Of a stretch of 64,000 bases of DNA, positions 58,618-64,000 are shown piece by piece. Within the stretch, counting starts at the first letter, position 1; each line of letters begins with the position of its first letter. Both the position numbers and the translations under genes were made by a program. Below the pieces are notes generated by a model, which worked only from the letters and a program-made list of their open reading frames with translations, made no database searches and had not been told where the DNA came from. The DNA comes from Eledone cirrhosa (taxonomy: Eukaryota): positions 133,114,001-133,178,000 of the forward strand of contig OZ024742.1 in NCBI GenBank assembly GCA_964016885.1, in the 5' to 3' direction.

Positions 58618-58808
58618 AGGGCGGTGGATTGGCAGTATCGGTAGAGGGTCGGACGCCATGCTTTCCAGCATAGTTACGTCCCTTTACGATCTGAGTTCAA
58701 ATCCCGCCGAGGTTGACTTTGCCTTTCATCCTTACGGGGTCGATAAAATAAAGTACCAGTAATGCACTGGGTAATTGCTGGCCTTGTGCCAAAAGTAGAA
58801 ACAATTAT
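58618..58808 (+). mobile_element. Young full-length Meta-domain SINE inserted in the right arm of family I
   Basis: Perfect 15-bp TSD attatcttatctact (58602-58616 and 58804-58818). The empty site is visible in the left arm (agtagataagataat, 57561-57575). Confidence 0.95.
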
Positions 58809-59322
58809 CTTATCTACTCTTGTCTGTTCTCTTATCCATGTGTCTACTCTTGTCTGTTCTCTTATCCATGTGTATGCTTGTATGTAACTATATGTTGACA
58901 GCACACCGCCCAACTGTGACTGATAGCACCCCTTATTTTTATTTTTATTTTTATTTTTATTTTTACTTTTATTTTTATTTTTATTTTTATTTTTATTCTT
59001 ATCCTCTATCGTCTATTATTACCTTTCATTCTTCAATGTCTTGGATTTGTTATTGCTTGTATGGTATGTAATTAACCTTTATGATCTGATGAGTCCCACT
59101 TATAGTGCGGATGAAACAATGTTAGCAAGTAAAGATATGCATATGCTATAAGCGTTCTTTGTTATTTATTTATTATATTACGGCTCTGTCCTCAGACATT
59201 GAGCTAACCTCATACTGCCTGCTGGATAAGTGGAGTGTTATACAGCCCTGATCCTTTCCCTAGCATACTATATGTATATATGTGTATATATGTATGTATA
59301 TATATATATATATATATATGTA

Positions 59323-60297
59323 TATAAATGAGAGGTATAGAGATTGCTTTAGCAAGAAGCTAACGGCATTCTATAACATATATGCGACTATAACGTCAAG
59401 ATGGGAAAAGTAGTTAACGAAAGATTTAGGAAAAATAACTCAAACTCATCTCAAAAGAGAATCAGGATATAAATTCATCCACAGAATTTAGTAAAATCCA
59501 GGGAAAATCTATAGACCTTTAACTCATGATAAAATAAAGTTTGAAACACTTATCCTTCAATTTGGAATAACATCAAATGCTCTGTATAGTCTTAAAAGAC
59601 TATTTCATGAAAACTTTCAGTGGAGATGGTCACGGTTGGAATTTCAATCATCAGCAGAGCTCAACAGAAAACCAGGGCTCTCACAGTAATATAATCCGAA
59701 AAAGGGAATTCTAAAACTGGCTAGTTCGCCTTCATGTGTATTTATGAAAAAGCACATGAGGAAAAAACGGGGCTAGTGACGTCAGGATGGAAGTGAATCT
59801 TTATTTACAAGAAATAGCAGTCAAATACATTCTGAAAAAAACTCTACAAAGGAGTTCAGCAAAATAGCAATATTATCACAGTTTTTAGGAAAAAAACCGG
59901 GATTAGTCACAGATAGTTTAAGCACTCTAGGAAAAGAATCCGAGTATAAATATAAATGAGAGGTATAGAGATTGTTTTAGCAAGAAGCTAACGGCATTCT
60001 ATAACATATATGCGACTATAACGTCAAGATGGGAAAAGTAGTTAACGAAAGATTTAGGAAAAATAACTCAAACTCATCTCAAAAGAGAATCAGGATATAA
60101 ATTCATCCACAGAATTTAGTAAAATCCAATGAAAATCTATAGACCTTTAACTCATGATAAAATAAAGTTTGAAACACTTATCCTTCAATTTGGAACAACA
60201 TCAAATGCTCTGTATAGTCTTAAAAGACTATTTCATGAAAACTTTCAGTGGAGATGGTCACGGTTGGAATTTCAATCATCAGCAGAGCTCAACAGAA
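59323..60297 (-). mobile_element. Family J: non-coding element with 347-bp direct terminal repeats (retrozyme/pLTR-like)
   Basis: 59323-59669 is nearly identical to 59951-60297 (period 628). Minus strand of each repeat has CUGAUGA-uugaaauu..aguuuucau-GAAAuaGUC. (TA)n flanks. Confidence 0.7.
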
Positions 60298-60305
60298 TAT
60301 ATATG

Positions 60306-60354
<49 letters not shown>

Positions 60355-60395
60355 GTGTGTGTATATATATATGTATATATGTGTATATATGTATG

Positions 60396-60492
<97 letters not shown>

Positions 60493-60665
60493 GTGTATAT
60501 ATATATTTGTATATATGTGTATATATATGTATATATATATATGTGTATATATATGTATATATATATGTGTATATATATGTATATATATATATGTGTATAT
60601 ATATGTATTTATATATGTGTATATATGTATATATGTATATGGATATATATAAATATATATATATA

Positions 60666-61210
60666 CCAAGTAAGTATGTTTGGAAACAGTGAGCAGGTTT
60701 GAAATAGAAAATAGCATAGCTTTCACCGTATTTTTGACTAAAGGAATTTTAGCCTGATAATGGGGTTTAGAACCCTCAGATAAATGGAAAAAGATGAGTA
60801 TTGACGTACGTGGTAGTCGAACCCACATCTTTGGTTATCGCGACCACTGTGCTACCATTACACCAACACATCACCCATCTCTTTCCATTCAAATTAGAAG
60901 CTACATTCTTAGCGTGTTTAAATGGCAAGTAAGTATGTTTTGAAACAGTGAGTAGGTTTGAAATTATAAAATAGAATAGCTTTCACCGTATTTTTGATTA
61001 AAGGAATTTTAGCCTGATAATGGGGTTTAGAACCCTCAGATAAATGGAAATGGGTGATGTGTTGGTTTAATGGTAGCACAGTGGTCGCGATAACCAAAGA
61101 TGTGGGTTCGACTCCCATGTACGTCAATACTCATCTTTTTCTATTTATCTGAGGGTTCTAAACCCCATTATCAGGCTAAAATTCCTTTGGTAAAAAATAC
61201 GGTGAAAGTT
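60666..61210 (-). mobile_element. Family K: tRNA-headed ~260-bp unit in tandem plus inverted arrangement
   Basis: Direct repeat 60667-60790 vs 60927-61050. Segment 61050-61210 is an inverted copy of 60717-60878. Contains a tRNA-like head and has (TA)n flanks. Confidence 0.8.
61056..61126 (+). other. tRNA-like cloverleaf (SINE-type Pol III head, not a functional tRNA)
   Basis: Acceptor gatgtgt/gtacgtc-a, A box tggtttaatgg, arm tggt-cgcgata-acca, T arm gtggg-ttcgact-cccat. Second copy at 60802-60872(-). Confidence 0.75.
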
Positions 61211-61225
61211 ATATATATATATGTA

Positions 61226-61299
<74 letters not shown>

Positions 61300-61309
61300 T
61301 GTGTGTGTA

Positions 61310-62120
61310 TTATGCTTAGATAGCAGAACGTATGTGTAAAAAAAACACACCCGTACTGTGTTTGTGACGGTATGTTTGTGACGGTATGTTGTTAGCTCAA
61401 TGTACGAAAACAGAGCCGTTAGAGTAAGAGAAAACAAAGAGCGCTTATGACATCAATCAATTTTTATTTGCTGACAGTGTTTTAGCCATACCATGGGGCA
61501 AGTCTCATCAGAGCGTTGAAAATAAAAAAAATACAATAATGACGATAAGCTCTACCGACATACATCATAAGAACAATAGATACATGGTACAGGATCATAG
61601 GATAACAGTGAGAATGGAAATGATACATAATAGGGTTGTTAGTCAGAGTAAGGAAAAATAAGGAAAAAAAAGGAAAAATAAAATAAACTGAATTAATCAG
61701 ACAAGAGATAGATCCATATGAAGGAATCAGTCAAGGCGATAAAGAAATAAGAAATACTAAAAAATAATTGAAAAAAAAAAAATAAATAAATAAATAAATA
61801 AAAAATAATAATAATTAAAACAAATATTAATAATAAAAAAAAAAAAATTCAATTAAAAAGATATTAAATATATATATATATAAAAAATGCATTTATCTCT
61901 TGTGTGATTAATTCAGTTTATTTCATATTTCCTTATTTTTCCTTGTTTTTCCTTACTCTGACTAACAACCGTATTATGTATCATCTCCATTCTAACTATT
62001 ATCCTTCATTATTGTATTTTTGTTTTCAACGCTCTGATGAGGCCTGCGCCATGGTATGGATGAAACAGTCAGCAAATAAAAATTGATTGATGTTATAAGC
62101 GATCTTTGTTTTCTCTTACT
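61310..62120 (-). mobile_element. Family I-related fold-back element plus tail
   Basis: Tail 61310-61420 (minus strand acggctctg..cattgagctaac, shared with 59180-59208). Arms about 61423-61712 vs 61892-62119, with an A-rich spacer. Confidence 0.85.
62031..62073 (+). ncRNA. Minimal hammerhead ribozyme (family I-related)
   Basis: gcu-CUGAUGA-ggcc..ggau-GAAAC-a-GUC-agc. The mirror copy at 61470-61514(-) has AAAC-acu-GUC-agc. Confidence 0.7.
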
Positions 62121-62168
62121 ATATATATGTGTATGTATGTATGTACGTATGTATTTATATATATGTAT

Positions 62169-62246
<78 letters not shown>

Positions 62247-62254
62247 GTGTATAC

Positions 62255-62285
<31 letters not shown>

Positions 62286-62304
62286 ATCTATATATATATA
62301 TTAA

Positions 62305-62335
<31 letters not shown>

Positions 62336-62366
62336 ATACGTATATATGTATATATGTATATATATG

Positions 62367-62402
<36 letters not shown>

Positions 62403-62408
62403 CATATG

Positions 62409-62516
<108 letters not shown>

Positions 62517-62644
62517 CAATATTAAATATATGGAAAACTATATTTATAAAACCATATTTATTTCATTATATATATTTCGGGGATATCATATTAACAATAT
62601 GCTATGCCTTCATCAGACAAAATACAATATAAACAGTTTTATAG

Positions 62645-62844
62645 NNNNNNNNNNNNNNNNNNNNNNNNNNNNNNNNNNNNNNNNNNNNNNNNNNNNNNNN
62701 NNNNNNNNNNNNNNNNNNNNNNNNNNNNNNNNNNNNNNNNNNNNNNNNNNNNNNNNNNNNNNNNNNNNNNNNNNNNNNNNNNNNNNNNNNNNNNNNNNNN
62801 NNNNNNNNNNNNNNNNNNNNNNNNNNNNNNNNNNNNNNNNNNNN
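62645..62844. other. Assembly gap (200 N)
   Basis: Run of N. Confidence 1.
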
Positions 62845-62923
62845 ATATATATATACTCATATATGTATATATATGTATATATATATACATATATATATAC
62901 ATATATATATATACATATATGTG

Positions 62924-62997
<74 letters not shown>

Positions 62998-63005
62998 CAT
63001 ATATG

Positions 63006-63040
<35 letters not shown>

Positions 63041-63067
63041 GTATATATATATACATATATATATATA

Positions 63068-63128
<61 letters not shown>

Positions 63129-63135
<7 letters not shown>

Positions 63136-63470
63136 ATGAAATATAAGAATGAAAGAATTGTACAAAACGTTATTGTGCTTACAGCTGTTTCCTCCAAACC
63201 GAGGTTTGGATTCTTCGGAGCAATTTATTAATGGATGGACAGTTATATGACCTCCTTTTCAGCCAAGAGACATACCGATACATATGTAAATATTGTGGGT
63301 CAGCATTCATTACAGAATTTAGAGTGGCAGTACACACTTGGAGATTACATTCATATTAAAAGGTACAATCAGAAATCAAAAATACAGGTTAAATTACAAC
63401 ATGAAGATAAGCGGTTATATAGTTCAAATGTTATATGTGTGGCAAGCACGTGCGTCTTGTTTATATATTG
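63129..63470 (-). mobile_element. Diverged family H pLTR copy with HHR-like motif
   Basis: Homologous to 55960-56300 (ccaaaccgaggtttgga, gacctccttttca..aagagacata). Minus strand gcu-CCGAAGA-auccaaac-cucg-guuugga-g-GAAAC-AGCU-GUA at 63180-63222. Confidence 0.75.
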
Positions 63471-63789
63471 TGTGGCAGAGAGATACGTGCAGTAGAGGCA
63501 CTTAGGTAGGTAAACAAGAGTGTTAGGTTGGTTGATCTGGTGGCAAATTCTTTATATGATTGATATAGTCTGTGTGTGGAGAAATGATATAAGCATTAAA
63601 AATAGTGCAAGCATTAAAAATATTAAAAGTATTGGAGATGCACAGCGAAGGGATGACAAGTATTTCATGTACTTCGACATTTTCATGGTCAGGTGAGTGT
63701 ATTATAAAACATACTTATAACTGCATAAGGTTTTTGTATTTACATAACCATAAATAGTATAACTAATACTATATATATATATATATGTA

Positions 63790-64000
63790 TCCAGTGGGTG
63801 TAACTAGGAGTTACTGCAGGTTCACCCGGGTGGGCACTCAATGTTTAGGTTCACTTCTGTGATGATGTGTAGAGCTATACAGAGTGTAATATATAGAAAG
63901 GATAAAAAGGACGATTGATTATTCCTTCATTGCAGTTATTGATAGGTGACGCGCGTTTCGCCACTGAACAGCTGAAGGTTCGATCTATATCGATCCTACC
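63790..64000 (-). mobile_element. Probable further PLE 3' end, running off the window
   Basis: Begins after a (TA)n run. Minus strand GAAAC-GCGC-GUC (63948-63959) is the canonical minimal-HHR 3' half; its CUGANGA would lie beyond base 64000. Confidence 0.5.

Larger units (their letters stand above)
57221..59268 (+). mobile_element. Family I giant fold-back element (~860-bp arms plus 92-bp tail)
   Basis: 57221-58085 is inverted relative to 58091-59176 with almost no spacer. Tail 59177-59268, (TA)n flanks, HHR in both arms. Confidence 0.9.

Noticed and set aside
57221-59176. Palindromes as sequencing or assembly chimeras
   Set aside because: The arms differ by substitutions and indels, one arm has a TSD-bounded SINE, and arm ends recur at the same position in independent copies.
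61056-61126. Functional tRNA gene
   Set aside because: The anticodon loop lacks the conserved U33, there are stem mismatches, and it is embedded in a repeated mobile unit.

Overview
Eukaryotic, AT-rich, microsatellite-dense non-genic DNA. It is most likely an octopus or other cephalopod genome, inferred from the tRNA-derived Meta-domain SINE family and the repeat style. I could not identify any host protein-coding exon; nearly all long ORFs in the track are translations of (TA)n/(CA)n tracts. Recognisable elements are a 5'-truncated Neptune-type Penelope-like element (PLE; RT plus GIY-YIG, 51.5-54.6 kb), several other PLE coding remnants, decayed RTE-type LINEs, a CRE-like endonuclease remnant, an internally deleted Helitron and about a dozen SINE copies. 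The dominant hidden structure is a set of about a dozen fold-back insertions from at least eight unrelated sequence families, nearly all sitting in (TA)n tracts. They share one architecture: (TA)n - inverted arm - direct arm - unpaired 60-110 bp tail - (TA)n. Most carry minimal hammerhead-ribozyme (HHR) motifs, and two still carry PLE coding sequence. One family has a tRNA-like Pol III head and another is a direct-repeat retrozyme-like unit. I interpret these as (TA)n-targeted, ribozyme-bearing, PLE-mobilised elements that build long DNA palindromes. All calls are by eye, with no database searches.
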